NCBI GenBank assembly: GCA_963744715.1
Contig: CAVUUR010000012.1
Coordinates: forward strand, 168,926-232,925
From: an uncultured bacterium
Lineage (GTDB): Bacteria; Babelota; Babeliae; Babelales; JACPOV01
Length of the DNA stretch: 64,000 bases
Reading direction: 5' to 3'
The notes below the pieces were generated by a model. The model made no database searches. It was not told the origin of the DNA and saw only the letters and a program-made list of their open reading frames with translations. Below are positions 50,304-60,682 of this stretch, piece by piece; position 1 is the stretch's first letter; each line of letters starts with the position of its first letter. A program made the position numbers and the translations under genes.

Positions 50304-50451
50304 GAGATCCTTCTAGTATAATGTGTTAAGGTTGTAAACATCCCTAACGGTATTTCAGCCGCTCAGGATTAACTTTTTTCTAGAAGGGTACCCTTGTGCA
50401 CTAGATGAGTGCACAATTAATTTATTATAAAGGTTTCTTGATAGAAGTCAA
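50304..50451 (-). promoter_or_regulatory. Promoter and structured ~115-nt 5' leader of the translocase gene
   Basis: TTGACT-16 nt-TATAAT; hairpins at 50394-50416 and 50340-50369; 8-nt anti-SD. Confidence 0.55.
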
Positions 50452-50545
50452 TAAAAACGGTCCCTATTTTCCCATTGCACATTATTTTAGTTGTAGTATA
50501 ATATAATACATATTAGATAATATTTTTTAACTATTGGAGATTTAT

Positions 50546-51004
50546 ATGTATTTAAGAAATTATGGAACAATCGTAGGATTTTTAGCAGCGCTATGCACTG
50601 GCATTAGTAACGGTACCCATGAAGAAAATGTACAAAATGCATTTAATCGTGTTGAACATATAGTTCAACGACTCGAAACTAAAAATGCAAATCTTCGTCC
50701 TGATTTTGAAAAATTAATTAAAGAAACAACGACTGAGATTAATCAGTTTTCTCAACATAAGATCAATCAAATAGTTCATCTGATGAAATGTAAATTGGCG
50801 CAACCCGCTTGCGATTGGGCACGAAACGAGGCAGAAGCCAAACAAGCGTTAAAAGATCCTCGCTACAAACATTTCATAAAAATGAATCATGAATGTTCTA
50901 AAAATGATTGGGTTACCTTACTACCAACCTGCAAAGAAAATTGTAAAGAGATTCTTCTCGAACTAGTACTCTTATATATTTTTGAAAAACAGATAAAAGA
51001 GTAA
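50546..51004 (+). CDS. Secreted hypothetical helical protein
   Basis: RBS GGAG, signal-like N-terminus. Confidence 0.6.
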   Translation: MYLRNYGTIVGFLAALCTGISNGTHEENVQNAFNRVEHIVQRLETKNANLRPDFEKLIKETTTEINQFSQHKINQIVHLMKCKLAQPACDWARNEAEAKQALKDPRYKHFIKMNHECSKNDWVTLLPTCKENCKEILLELVLLYIFEKQIKE

Positions 51005-51232
51005 ATGTTACCGTAGCATTGCGGTCGTATATATAAATCATCAGCTTTTGCATTCACTGAAACGATAAAAAAATCGCCAACGTAATTCAAAAAAAACAAC
51101 TCGGCCAATATCACGACTGTTGGTCATAAAAAATATACAATCAAAAAATATTACATACTCGCACTTGTAAAAAAATAACATTTTCCCTACACTAAAGGGG
51201 TGTTTTCTATGTTTAACCTTCATAATAAGTGA

Positions 51233-51415
51233 ATGATGATGAAAAAAATAAGCTTGTTATTGTTAAGTGCTATCGCTTTAATAACACTCCCTGAATGCAA
51301 CAGAAATAAGAAAAAAGTTGCTGAATCAAAACAACTTTATACCGTCAGCAAACAATCAGATGCGAAAAAAAGAGTCGATGCTACTGGTATTGGCACATCA
51401 AAGGAAATTGCCTAG
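51233..51415 (+). CDS. Small basic secreted protein or lipoprotein
   Basis: KK plus hydrophobic core plus Cys; followed by a terminator. Confidence 0.5.
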   Translation: MMMKKISLLLLSAIALITLPECNRNKKKVAESKQLYTVSKQSDAKKRVDATGIGTSKEIA

Positions 51416-51466
51416 GGCAAAGAAGATCATTAAAACAATTAATTTCCTCATATAAGAAATTAAGCA

Positions 51467-51501
51467 ATAAGGAAAGCCTCACAAGCTTTCCTTATTTTTT
51501 T
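51467..51501 (+). terminator. Intrinsic terminator
   Basis: aataaggaaagc-loop-gctttccttatt followed by a T-run. Confidence 0.8.
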
Positions 51502-51576
51502 TAAACTGGATTTTTAACGATCAAGGTGCTACGCTACAAAAAATTATTGTACCTATCAAAAAAAGGGAGTGTTTCG

Positions 51577-52350
51577 GTGAAAAAGACGTATCTCTATCCA
51601 TTGTTATCAGTACTACTCATTATTATAATAATTATTTTACTACACACTAACCGTTTACAACGCCATGAAGATTCCGTGTGTCCTGTTACAGGAATATCAC
51701 CGGAAGAACAATCATCTAACCCTACGCAACAATTTTCATCGAGCAAAGCTATTTCCTATTATCCGGTAAAACAATTTGATTTAGCGGGCAAACTTAAAGG
51801 TCTTAGTACCAGTCAAATTAATCAACATAAAACCTTGTATGAGGGATATGTAAAAAAGCGAAATGACATTGCACGCGATTTAAAAACGGTAAACCGAGCC
51901 GACCAAAATCGTACGTATTCACCCTTTCGCGAATTAAAAGTTGAAGAGACGTATGCGGTAAATGGTTCTATTCTACATGAACTTTATTTTGAAAACATTG
52001 GCAAACAAGGAAGTGTGCCCGGACAACAAATGTCAACGTTAATTAATCAAGCATTTGGATCACTCGAAGCATTCAAAAAAGATTTAATGGAATGCGGACA
52101 ATGTTCTCGTGGTTGGGTAATTACTGCATACAGTTTTGATGACCATATGCTGCATAATTTTGTTTTTGAACAACATAATCAAAACGTGCCCGTACTTATT
52201 ATTCCGCTGCTTGTCCTTGATGTATATGAACATGCGTACATGATTGATTTTGGTATTAAACGTGATCCCTATCTTACGGTATTTTGGAATAATATCGATT
52301 GGGATGTTGTAGAACAACGCATTGATACCTGGGTTAATAAATTACGATAA
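51577..52350 (+). CDS. Fe/Mn superoxide dismutase with N-terminal membrane anchor
   Basis: HKTLYEGYV, LHELYFEN, FGSLEAFK, PLLVLDVYEHAY, FWNNIDW. Confidence 0.9.
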   Translation: MKKTYLYPLLSVLLIIIIIILLHTNRLQRHEDSVCPVTGISPEEQSSNPTQQFSSSKAISYYPVKQFDLAGKLKGLSTSQINQHKTLYEGYVKKRNDIARDLKTVNRADQNRTYSPFRELKVEETYAVNGSILHELYFENIGKQGSVPGQQMSTLINQAFGSLEAFKKDLMECGQCSRGWVITAYSFDDHMLHNFVFEQHNQNVPVLIIPLLVLDVYEHAYMIDFGIKRDPYLTVFWNNIDWDVVEQRIDTWVNKLR

Positions 52351-52404
52351 TCTTGCACATTCGTAGAACCGTTTGTACTACATCAAAAATAGTAGGTACG
52401 TAAC

Positions 52405-53442
52405 ATGTCTCATCCCGAAAACAATAATGATTATCTCGTCTTTGTGCTCTACGATAGCGTACATAACTCTGTTTTTGAAGGACAGGTATTAGAACCATTA
52501 CGCAAACAAAAAACTCACAAAAAAATTTTACTCATAAGTTTCGAAAAAAATAAAAAACGTTGTCCACTTTTTAATGAACCGGGAATAACGGTTATGTATC
52601 TGTCAAAATATCCTTTTTTAGGCAGCATCAGTTTGTGGCCTGCAATAATCAAATTGCGTAGCATTCTCCGTACACTTCCTGCATATACCCTCATCGCACG
52701 CGGGCCGTTAGCAAGTTTTATTAGTTTTTACGCCGCACAAAAAACACGATGTATGCATCTTACTATGCAAGCCCGTGGTCTACTTGCCGAAGAATATCAG
52801 TACGTTCACAAAAAAAATTCCGGTATTGCTCATATAATGCATCGCTATCGAACGTATCAATATCGACACCTCGAGCAAAAAGCATACACCTTACAATCAT
52901 CTTCTTTTCCGATCAAGATTGAAGCAGTCAGCAAAGCGCTTGCTGATTATCTGCAAACGCGATATGCAATTAAGTATAATCGCATACACGTAGCATTTCA
53001 TGATATTCCGAGCGTCATTACATCGCATGAGAAATTATTATGGCGAACAACAATGCGTGAGAAATTACATATTCCTGACAATGCGTATGTTTATTGTTAT
53101 AACGGATCGGCAAAAGCATGGCAATGCCCCGACATGGTTATCGATTTTTTTATGAAAGAATATGCAACAAATTCTAGCGCATTATTACTTGTATTAACGC
53201 AGGATAGGTTATTATTTAAATCACTACTCGATAGGTGCAACGTACCGAGTACTCATTACAGATTACTAACCGTGCATCATGCAGAAATATATCAATACCT
53301 TGCTGCATGCGATGCCGGATTGATTTTTAGAGAATCGCATATTCTCAACTGGATTTCACGCCCAACAAAAATATTGGAATACCAGGCAGTTGGTTTACCT
53401 ATTATCCATAACAAAACGGTAGCAATGCTGACGGAAGTATAA
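52405..53442 (+). CDS. Glycosyltransferase (GT4-like)
   Basis: YNGSAKAWQ, YLAACDAGLIFRE, SRPTKILEYQAVGLPII. Confidence 0.85.
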   Translation: MSHPENNNDYLVFVLYDSVHNSVFEGQVLEPLRKQKTHKKILLISFEKNKKRCPLFNEPGITVMYLSKYPFLGSISLWPAIIKLRSILRTLPAYTLIARGPLASFISFYAAQKTRCMHLTMQARGLLAEEYQYVHKKNSGIAHIMHRYRTYQYRHLEQKAYTLQSSSFPIKIEAVSKALADYLQTRYAIKYNRIHVAFHDIPSVITSHEKLLWRTTMREKLHIPDNAYVYCYNGSAKAWQCPDMVIDFFMKEYATNSSALLLVLTQDRLLFKSLLDRCNVPSTHYRLLTVHHAEIYQYLAACDAGLIFRESHILNWISRPTKILEYQAVGLPIIHNKTVAMLTEV

Positions 53443-53487
53443 GTGCACAGGTCAGCGCTAAACCTTGTATCCAATAGCTACGAAAAT

Positions 53488-54438
53488 TTATTCCTTAGTG
53501 TTTTGTAATGTTTGATAAAGCCATCGAGCTAAAGCATCGAGACATTCACTTATTTTAATTTCTTTCATTGCTGTGCCAACCGTATCAACCATATGAGCAG
53601 GCATCACCGATCTTATAACAGCATCTTGATATCCTACATGTGGTTGTGATGATATAAATAAACACATTCCTGGTTCTGGAGACAGAGAAAGCCATCGCCT
53701 GATTGTATCAATGGTAGTAGGTCTTTTTTTTGTACCATCAGCTGCAATGTTCATCGGCGTATCAACTAGTATCATTGGAATAGATGCTACATCTTTTGGC
53801 AAATCAGTTTGATCATACACAAACTGCATCATCTCAGATTCAGTAGTCGGCATTACAGCAGGAGCAACCCATTCTTTTTTAAAAGTGAAATAACCTTCTG
53901 GATTGATAAGTTTATCAATACTTTCTATCGTAGGATCCAACGGCCGCTCAGATCCTAAAAAAATAATGTTATCCCATCGAATGCCCAATTTCCAAAGATG
54001 AATAAGATCCATGAGGCGTTTCCTCACCGTTTTTACTATTCCTCCTAAAACAATAACATAGGTATAGTTCTTACATGAAGGAACGACAACGTCTATTAAG
54101 CCTACATTTTTGAGCGCAGTAGCTATTTGTTCAATATTGTCAAAGGTTGTATCTTCGAGTTCCCAACGTTCTTTTCCACTTGGTCGCAAAAATTTTTTTT
54201 GTGTTTGTTCAACGATCTCTTGTAACGACCCATTATGCGTAATATTAAAGAGTGTAAGTATTGTACCTACTGGCGAATCCGATTGATAATTGTTCACACA
54301 GGTTCGCAGATCATGTACCGTCTGCTCTTTTTCCAAGCTAAAAACTGATACTTCTCTACTTATAATGTTTTTATACCACAATGCATATGCTAATAAGGTA
54401 AACCCTACACACACTAACGTATTTCGTATTGTTTTCAC
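53488..54438 (-). CDS. Conserved hypothetical protein (possibly DUF218/ElyC-like), membrane anchored
   Basis: VIVLGG, IIFLGSERPL, TESEMM, RPTTIDT, ISSQPH. Confidence 0.6.
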   Translation of the reverse strand: MKTIRNTLVCVGFTLLAYALWYKNIISREVSVFSLEKEQTVHDLRTCVNNYQSDSPVGTILTLFNITHNGSLQEIVEQTQKKFLRPSGKERWELEDTTFDNIEQIATALKNVGLIDVVVPSCKNYTYVIVLGGIVKTVRKRLMDLIHLWKLGIRWDNIIFLGSERPLDPTIESIDKLINPEGYFTFKKEWVAPAVMPTTESEMMQFVYDQTDLPKDVASIPMILVDTPMNIAADGTKKRPTTIDTIRRWLSLSPEPGMCLFISSQPHVGYQDAVIRSVMPAHMVDTVGTAMKEIKISECLDALARWLYQTLQNTKE

Positions 54439-54541
54439 GATGGTTATCTCCTACTAGTTTTTATAACCAATACACTAATTTTTACCTATCTAGTAATAGC
54501 AAGAAATACAAAAATATCTAGAGGCCAGATAGTACCATTAA

Positions 54542-56011
54542 TTATAATAATAATCCGGCAATCATAGCCGATAATAAATTAGCGAGCGAAGCACCGAGCA
54601 CCGCCGTAAACCCTAATTGGCATAACCATGCACGTTTTTCTGGAACCAGTGCACCAATACCGCCTATCTGAATCCCAATACAGGAAAAATTTGCAAAACC
54701 ACATAATGCATAGGTGAGTAATGCAGAGGAACGGGCAGACAAATTCATAGTCATCATCTGTTTATACGCAATAAGTTCATTCACGGTAACTTTGATGCCC
54801 AATAATTGTCCCGCATGCAATGCTTCTTGGCCTGAAAAACCAAGCAAATACCCGAACGGTGCAAAAATATAAGAAAACAAATAGGACAAATTAATTATTG
54901 GTAAGGTGAGTGGGATATGCGCATATTGCAATCCATAATTGAGATAGGCAAATGATGATTCGAGTATCACGTTAATACCAGCCAACAATGATAAAAAAAC
55001 GATTAACATCGCACCAACGTTAAGCGCCAATGATAATCCATCAACGGTACCGGTTGCAATCGCAGAAAACATTGTTGATGTAGTTTCCTCTTGTTGGTGC
55101 ATAACACCATGTAACGTAGTCGGAACTTCTTCTTCCGGATACAATATTTTTGCAATAAGAATAGAGCCGGGAATAGCCATAACACTTGCGGTTAATAAAT
55201 GTACTGCTGGAACACCCATAATAACAAACACGGTTAAAATTGCACCGCTAATGGTTGCCATGCCGCTTACCATTACTACAAGAATTTCTGATTTCGTCAT
55301 TCTTCCTAAATAATGTTTAACTAACAACGGCGCTTCCGTTTGTCCCAAAAAACTATTAGCAATTGCGCACAATGTTTCTGCACCGGATGTGCCCAATAAT
55401 GGTCGCATTATTAAACTCACGTAATACACAGAACGTTGTATAATACCCCAATGAAAAAGCAAACTCATGCATGCACTAAAAAAAATAATAATAGGCAACA
55501 CTTTAAAGGCAAAAATAAATCCCCATGCATGTTCGGCATTAATTAAATTACCAAACATAAACCGAGAACCTTCATCGGCGCAGGCGTAAATATTATTAAC
55601 CCCTGCCGCTATTTTTTCAAGAACGTAGTGCCCGCTAGCGGTTCGCAATGCTAAAAATCCTATTGCCAATTGCAACAGTAGTGCATTAATGATAAGTTTT
55701 GGTTTAATTATTTTTCTATTGTTAGAACATAACACTGCAATAGCAAGGATAACGAGAATACCAAACAGATTCCAATAACGGTTATGTTCCACAAAATATG
55801 AGTAGATATCGTTGCCCACTGCCCCGAATCGTTCAGTCATATAACGCCCGCTAGCAGTGCGATATAAGAAAAACAGCAATGGCAATAGGAACCACATTGA
55901 CTTAATAATATGCTTGGGTTTAATTTTTTTAAAGAGTACCAGAGCAATAATCACGAACGCGCCAACCAAGTTCCAAGAGAAATTATACCCAAAAAAATAT
56001 GAATCAAACAT
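54542..56011 (-). CDS. NupC/CNT family nucleoside transporter
   Basis: FAFKVLPIIIFFS, ANSFLGQTEAPLLV, NELIAY, YALCGFANFSCIGIQIGG. Confidence 0.93.
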   Translation of the reverse strand: MFDSYFFGYNFSWNLVGAFVIIALVLFKKIKPKHIIKSMWFLLPLLFFLYRTASGRYMTERFGAVGNDIYSYFVEHNRYWNLFGILVILAIAVLCSNNRKIIKPKLIINALLLQLAIGFLALRTASGHYVLEKIAAGVNNIYACADEGSRFMFGNLINAEHAWGFIFAFKVLPIIIFFSACMSLLFHWGIIQRSVYYVSLIMRPLLGTSGAETLCAIANSFLGQTEAPLLVKHYLGRMTKSEILVVMVSGMATISGAILTVFVIMGVPAVHLLTASVMAIPGSILIAKILYPEEEVPTTLHGVMHQQEETTSTMFSAIATGTVDGLSLALNVGAMLIVFLSLLAGINVILESSFAYLNYGLQYAHIPLTLPIINLSYLFSYIFAPFGYLLGFSGQEALHAGQLLGIKVTVNELIAYKQMMTMNLSARSSALLTYALCGFANFSCIGIQIGGIGALVPEKRAWLCQLGFTAVLGASLANLLSAMIAGLLL

Positions 56012-56216
56012 AGGTGAGTCCTTTAATTTTTTTTCTAAATATTATAATTTTTTTCGTTCATTTAGTATAAATAAAAAAATGATACTATCATAGCGGTACC
56101 ATGAAAAAAAATAATGCATTTCTAGTATACTATTAAAAAAACAGGAACTAATAATTGTTCGCAATTGTTATAAAATGGAGTATGTTAAAACGCGGTAAAC
56201 AAAAAAAAGGAATACT

Positions 56217-56345
56217 ATGAATCGATTGATGTATTGTGTATGTATAGTTATGTTATTTTTCGGAGTTCTACGCAGTATGCAACAACCACCAACGCAAGAA
56301 CCGCCAACCACGAGCACACCTAAAAAATTCATGCACAAACAATAA
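56217..56345 (+). CDS. Tiny secreted peptide or truncated effector relic (42 aa)
   Basis: RBS AAGGA; MNRLMYCVCIVMLFFGVLRS-MQQPPTQEPPTTSTPKKFMHKQ*. Confidence 0.45.
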   Translation: MNRLMYCVCIVMLFFGVLRSMQQPPTQEPPTTSTPKKFMHKQ

Positions 56346-56371
56346 TGGCTAATGTACGAATTACTTAATAA

Positions 56372-57442
56372 TTATACGGCTATTTTTTTTCGACGTTCTA
56401 CTTGTTCTTGTGCCATGAGTGCTTGAATAATTTCATCAAGATCCCCTTCCATAACCATATCAAGTTTTTTCAACGTCACATCAACTTGATGATCGGTTAC
56501 GCGATTTTGAGGAAAATTATACGTACGCACTTTTTCGGAACGCATACCGCCACCAATCATTTCTTTTCGTTTTTGGCTTTCTTCAGTTTCCTGTTTTTCT
56601 TTTTGTGCTGCTAGGAGTCGGGATTGCAGCATCTTCATCGCTTTTGCTCTATTTTTATGTTGAGAACGTTCTTCTTGGCAGGCAACCACAATACCGGTTG
56701 GGATATGAGTAATACGGATAGCCGAATCAGTTTTATTAACATGCTGACCGCCTGCACCTCCGGCGCGATAGGTATCAACGCGCAAATCGCTTGGTGATAT
56801 TGAATATTCAACTTCCTGTGCTTCAGGCAATACCGCCACCGTTGCGGTTGAAGTATGCACACGCCCCGATGTTTCAGTTTTTGGTACTCGTTGCACCCGA
56901 TGCACACCAGCTTCATGCTTTAAATGTGAGTAGGCACCCTTACCTTCAATATGCAACGTAGCTTCTCGAATGCCACCAAGATCCGTCTGACTTGAGTCAG
57001 CTAATGAAACGTCCCATTTTTGTTTTAGGGCATAATTGGTATACATTTTAAGTAAATCAGCGGCAAATAGTGCGGCTTCTTGCCCACCAGTACCGGCACG
57101 AATTTCCAAAAATACTGAGCGATCATCTAATTCATCGGGCGGATATAATAAGGTTTCTAATTCCAATTCCTGTTGTTGCAATTTTTTCTGCAACGTAGCC
57201 AGTTCCTCATGAAACAGCTGTTTCATCTCCTCATCAGAGTTGGAACTTTTTGATAGCTGATCTTGTACCTCAGCTATAAGGTTTTTTGTTTTTTCCAGGC
57301 CTTTATGCTTTTCCAAGAGAAAGGAAAGGCGCGCATGTTCTTTTTGAAGAAGATGTCTTTTTGATGAATCCAAAAGCGGTGCGGTCAGCTCTTTGCTCAG
57401 TTCATCACACCGCTTCTGCCATTCTTGCCAGGGAAGTTCCAT
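56372..57442 (-). CDS. prfA: Peptide chain release factor 1
   Basis: EIRAGTGGQEAALFA, HRVQRVPKTE (PxT), GGQHVN, RTYNFPQNRVTDH. Confidence 0.97.
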   Translation of the reverse strand: MELPWQEWQKRCDELSKELTAPLLDSSKRHLLQKEHARLSFLLEKHKGLEKTKNLIAEVQDQLSKSSNSDEEMKQLFHEELATLQKKLQQQELELETLLYPPDELDDRSVFLEIRAGTGGQEAALFAADLLKMYTNYALKQKWDVSLADSSQTDLGGIREATLHIEGKGAYSHLKHEAGVHRVQRVPKTETSGRVHTSTATVAVLPEAQEVEYSISPSDLRVDTYRAGGAGGQHVNKTDSAIRITHIPTGIVVACQEERSQHKNRAKAMKMLQSRLLAAQKEKQETEESQKRKEMIGGGMRSEKVRTYNFPQNRVTDHQVDVTLKKLDMVMEGDLDEIIQALMAQEQVERRKKIAV

Positions 57443-57445
57443 AGC

Positions 57446-57679
57446 TTATTTTTTTTTACTAGATTTACTAGGTTTATCAGATTTTTTATTGAATCGTTTT
57501 TCAAACTTTTCAATACGTCCTGCAGTATCAATTAACTTCTGTGATCCGGTATAAAATGGATGACAAGAAGAACAAATGGTTACCCTAAGTTCTGGCATTG
57601 TTGAACTGGTCACAAAAGAGTTTCCGCATGCACAATGCGCAGTAATTTCATGCATTTCCGGGTGTATACCTGTTTTCAT
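57446..57679 (-). CDS. rpmE: 50S ribosomal protein L31 (zinc-binding type)
   Basis: [27 protein letters not shown]. Confidence 0.97.
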   Translation of the reverse strand: MKTGIHPEMHEITAHCACGNSFVTSSTMPELRVTICSSCHPFYTGSQKLIDTAGRIEKFEKRFNKKSDKPSKSSKKK

Positions 57680-57795
57680 AAAAACCTCCTATAGTAGCTA
57701 TTATAATAAAAATCTTTTATGTAAGTATTACTTAAAAATAGAAAATTGTAAATATGCCCCTTGCATATAACTACCTGGCGACTGCATTTTTCAGG

Positions 57796-58587
57796 TTAAA
57801 CACAATCCAAGCGTTTTTTAAATAATCGCAGTGAGCTCAGCGCAAATATGAGGGTAAAAACCCAAATCATAGCCAAACAGACCCAAATATTAATAAACCC
57901 TTCTTGCCCGAGGGTAGCCGCGCGCATCCCTTCAAAGGTGTATACTAACGGGTTCGCTAAACTGATACCTGCAAACCATGGTAATGCTGTGTACATAGTA
58001 GCCCAAGAAAATTGAAATCCGGCCAACGTAAATAACTGCCATCCCCAACGTATCCAAAACCGCCCAAATCCGAGTACATCTTTAACCCATAGCGCAATGC
58101 ATAAGGAAAAAAAACCGAACATGATATTCATACTTACATAGATTAAAACCGTTTTAATTAATGAAATATTACCTAACGCCGATCCATGATTTCCTAACAG
58201 GAGAACGCCCAGCGGGAAGATAAATACATTAAATATTGCGGCTTTTATTGCGTACACTAATGCCGTTTTTACACATATGAGCCAGGATAAACTGGGCAAT
58301 GAAAGCTCATATGCTATTGATTTTGGCCCGGTTAAATCGGTTACCAAATCACCGGCATCGGTACCGGTTGCATTAAAACACATGCCTATTGCTGATGCTG
58401 AAAGCATAAATGCTCCAAAGTCTGCCGGCAAACCAAGTGAAGGCATTATATAACCACTAACAAAGATCATGCCAATAGGAAGCAATAAAACATCGAGTAA
58501 ATTTTGCCAAAAATCTTTGGTGATTACGCGTAAATCGCGCCATATAAGCCAGAAAAAAACTGAATATGCTAAACGCATCGTTTTCAT
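57796..58587 (-). CDS. ABC-2 type transporter permease
   Basis: Six TM segments, NPLVYTFEGMRAA; adjacent to an ATPase. Confidence 0.85.
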   Translation of the reverse strand: MKTMRLAYSVFFWLIWRDLRVITKDFWQNLLDVLLLPIGMIFVSGYIMPSLGLPADFGAFMLSASAIGMCFNATGTDAGDLVTDLTGPKSIAYELSLPSLSWLICVKTALVYAIKAAIFNVFIFPLGVLLLGNHGSALGNISLIKTVLIYVSMNIMFGFFSLCIALWVKDVLGFGRFWIRWGWQLFTLAGFQFSWATMYTALPWFAGISLANPLVYTFEGMRAATLGQEGFINIWVCLAMIWVFTLIFALSSLRLFKKRLDCV

Positions 58588-58604
58588 AACATTCCTTACT
58601 AAAT

Positions 58605-59348
58605 TTATTGCTCATCAATAAGATGAATAAATACTTCTTCAAGATTTTTTTTACTGTATGAACTCATTAAACGTTCTGGCGTTTCTATTAGTAGAATTAA
58701 TCCGTTATGTAACACACAAACACGATCTGAAAGAATTTCTGCTTCATCCAAATAATGGGTGGTCAATATAACGGTAACCCCTTGGTCACGCAGTTGCTTA
58801 ATGAATGCCCATAATTCTCGTCGTATGTGCGGATCAAGCGCCACTGTTGGCTCATCCAAAATAACCAAACGCGGGTCATGAACTAAGGCCCGTGCAATTA
58901 ATAGACGTTGTTTATAGCCACCAGATAATATTTCAGGCAATGATGATGCATATGGTTTTAGCTCAAATTGTTCCATCAAACTATCGACGCGCTTACGAAT
59001 TTCTTCATACTTCATACCAAAATAGCGTCCCGCAAACATCAAATTTTCTTCGACGGTCAAATTCTTTTCAAAATTAGGTTTTTGAGGGCAAAACCCTAAT
59101 ATCTTACGATAGTTGATAAGGTTTTGATAAATCGATTCACCTTCAAATAAGATATCACCGGAACTTGCAGGATGCACCGTAGCAATGATTGATGAAAGGG
59201 TTGTTTTGCCAGCACCATTAACACCCAATAAACTAATAATTTCACCTTGATTAATCGTTAACGAAACACCTTTAAGCGCTTCTATCGTTTCATTATTACG
59301 TCGATATGTTTTTTTTATGTTATTAATAGTTAACAATGTAGGAGCCAT
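58605..59348 (-). CDS. ABC transporter ATP-binding protein
   Basis: GVNGAGKTT, LSGGYKQR, ILDEPT, TTHYLDEA. Confidence 0.92.
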   Translation of the reverse strand: MAPTLLTINNIKKTYRRNNETIEALKGVSLTINQGEIISLLGVNGAGKTTLSSIIATVHPASSGDILFEGESIYQNLINYRKILGFCPQKPNFEKNLTVEENLMFAGRYFGMKYEEIRKRVDSLMEQFELKPYASSLPEILSGGYKQRLLIARALVHDPRLVILDEPTVALDPHIRRELWAFIKQLRDQGVTVILTTHYLDEAEILSDRVCVLHNGLILLIETPERLMSSYSKKNLEEVFIHLIDEQ

Positions 59349-59588
59349 AGATATCCTAATTAGGTATAAAGCAAATAGAACTTATAAAAATTATAGAAAA
59401 ATAACAAAAAATAGAATTACTTTTGTATGGAGTAATTTCGTCACTATGATGCCGATAAAAAAGGGCTTAGTGAACCATGTGAGTCAAAAATCAGATATTT
59501 CCACGATACAGATACCTCAAGGCAAAAATTAGGAAAAAACATTACTAATCTACTCTATCATATTCATTTTGTCAATATTAACACGTTA

Positions 59589-60143
59589 TTATTGTGCTTT
59601 TTTTGATAATAAATCAAACGTAGATTGAAGAAAACTTTCTAGGCTATTAGCGTCGTAATGTGCCACATCTTGTTCGTAGCGATCAATTTCTTCCCTATTA
59701 TCGATAACGAGCATGGTTGGTAAATGATCAATTTCACTATGCTCTGCAATACGAAAAAGTTCTTCGGCATTGATGCGAACCCACTTAGCACTATTTTTAT
59801 GGTTTTCTGCTACATGCATGACAGCAGTGCGCATTGTTTCCCATTCTTGGTTATCCTTAAAAAAAATTACCACCACAGGATCCTTATAATTAAGCACTTC
59901 TGCTTCAAATGCCATTTCGGCAGGGCTAAAATTTCTTGTCAATAAGATTATACCTTCTTGAGATGTATCATCTTCTAATACTTTAGTAAGAGCATCTTCT
60001 TGGATTAATTTCATAATAATATTTGTTGATGCTGTAAGATCGATAACTACTTCCTCTTGATCTCCTTTAATAGCATGTTTTTCCAAACTCTTACATGCGG
60101 GTATTAATAACATTAATAGTACTAAAATTTGCAATACAAACAT
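59589..60143 (-). CDS. Thioredoxin-fold protein lacking CxxC, possible lipoprotein
   Basis: FEAEVLNYKDPVVVIF, KWVRINAEE, LPTMLV (cis-Pro); LLIPAC lipobox-like. Confidence 0.65.
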   Translation of the reverse strand: MFVLQILVLLMLLIPACKSLEKHAIKGDQEEVVIDLTASTNIIMKLIQEDALTKVLEDDTSQEGIILLTRNFSPAEMAFEAEVLNYKDPVVVIFFKDNQEWETMRTAVMHVAENHKNSAKWVRINAEELFRIAEHSEIDHLPTMLVIDNREEIDRYEQDVAHYDANSLESFLQSTFDLLSKKAQ

Positions 60144-60176
60144 TTAACTCTCCGTTATCTTTATACACCGTAAAAA

Positions 60177-60674
60177 TTAATAATATCCCGCACGAAAATG
60201 GCGCGTCCTTTTATGCTGCTTAATTGCCCCCTCCTTATCAAAACTTTCTTCACATTGATTGCAAGGATATGGCAACAGATCATGCTTTATTCTAAAGTGA
60301 CTTGCTGCAAGACCCCATCCAGAAAAATCTTGCCTACATGCTGGACAAAATTTCTGTTGCTCAGAAAAGAATTTTCGAAGTTCCGAAGAATTTGATGTTT
60401 CTATAGCAGCTAAAAAAATTTCAGGCGTCATAAAATCGGGTATTACAAAGCCGACTCCCTTACTGTCTAACATGCTCCTAATATTTTTAAGTTCATCGCA
60501 ACCGGAAAGATGCTTTGGCATTTCACGTAGAAGAAAAGGTCCTTTATTACACCCGTTACAATATTGCAAATCATCAGTAGTACTTGTAATTTTGATGATT
60601 TCCATACCAAATATTGGATCACTCAAAAGGCACAACAATATACTCAAAACATAACTATTAATTACTGTATTCAT
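60177..60674 (-). CDS. Secreted C2H2 zinc-finger protein 1
   Basis: Signal ...IFG-MEI; CPAC..F......SHFRIKH, PYPCNQCEESFDKEGAIKQHKRTRH. Confidence 0.85.
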   Translation of the reverse strand: MNTVINSYVLSILLCLLSDPIFGMEIIKITSTTDDLQYCNGCNKGPFLLREMPKHLSGCDELKNIRSMLDSKGVGFVIPDFMTPEIFLAAIETSNSSELRKFFSEQQKFCPACRQDFSGWGLAASHFRIKHDLLPYPCNQCEESFDKEGAIKQHKRTRHFRAGYY

Positions 60675-60682
60675 CGTTATGT

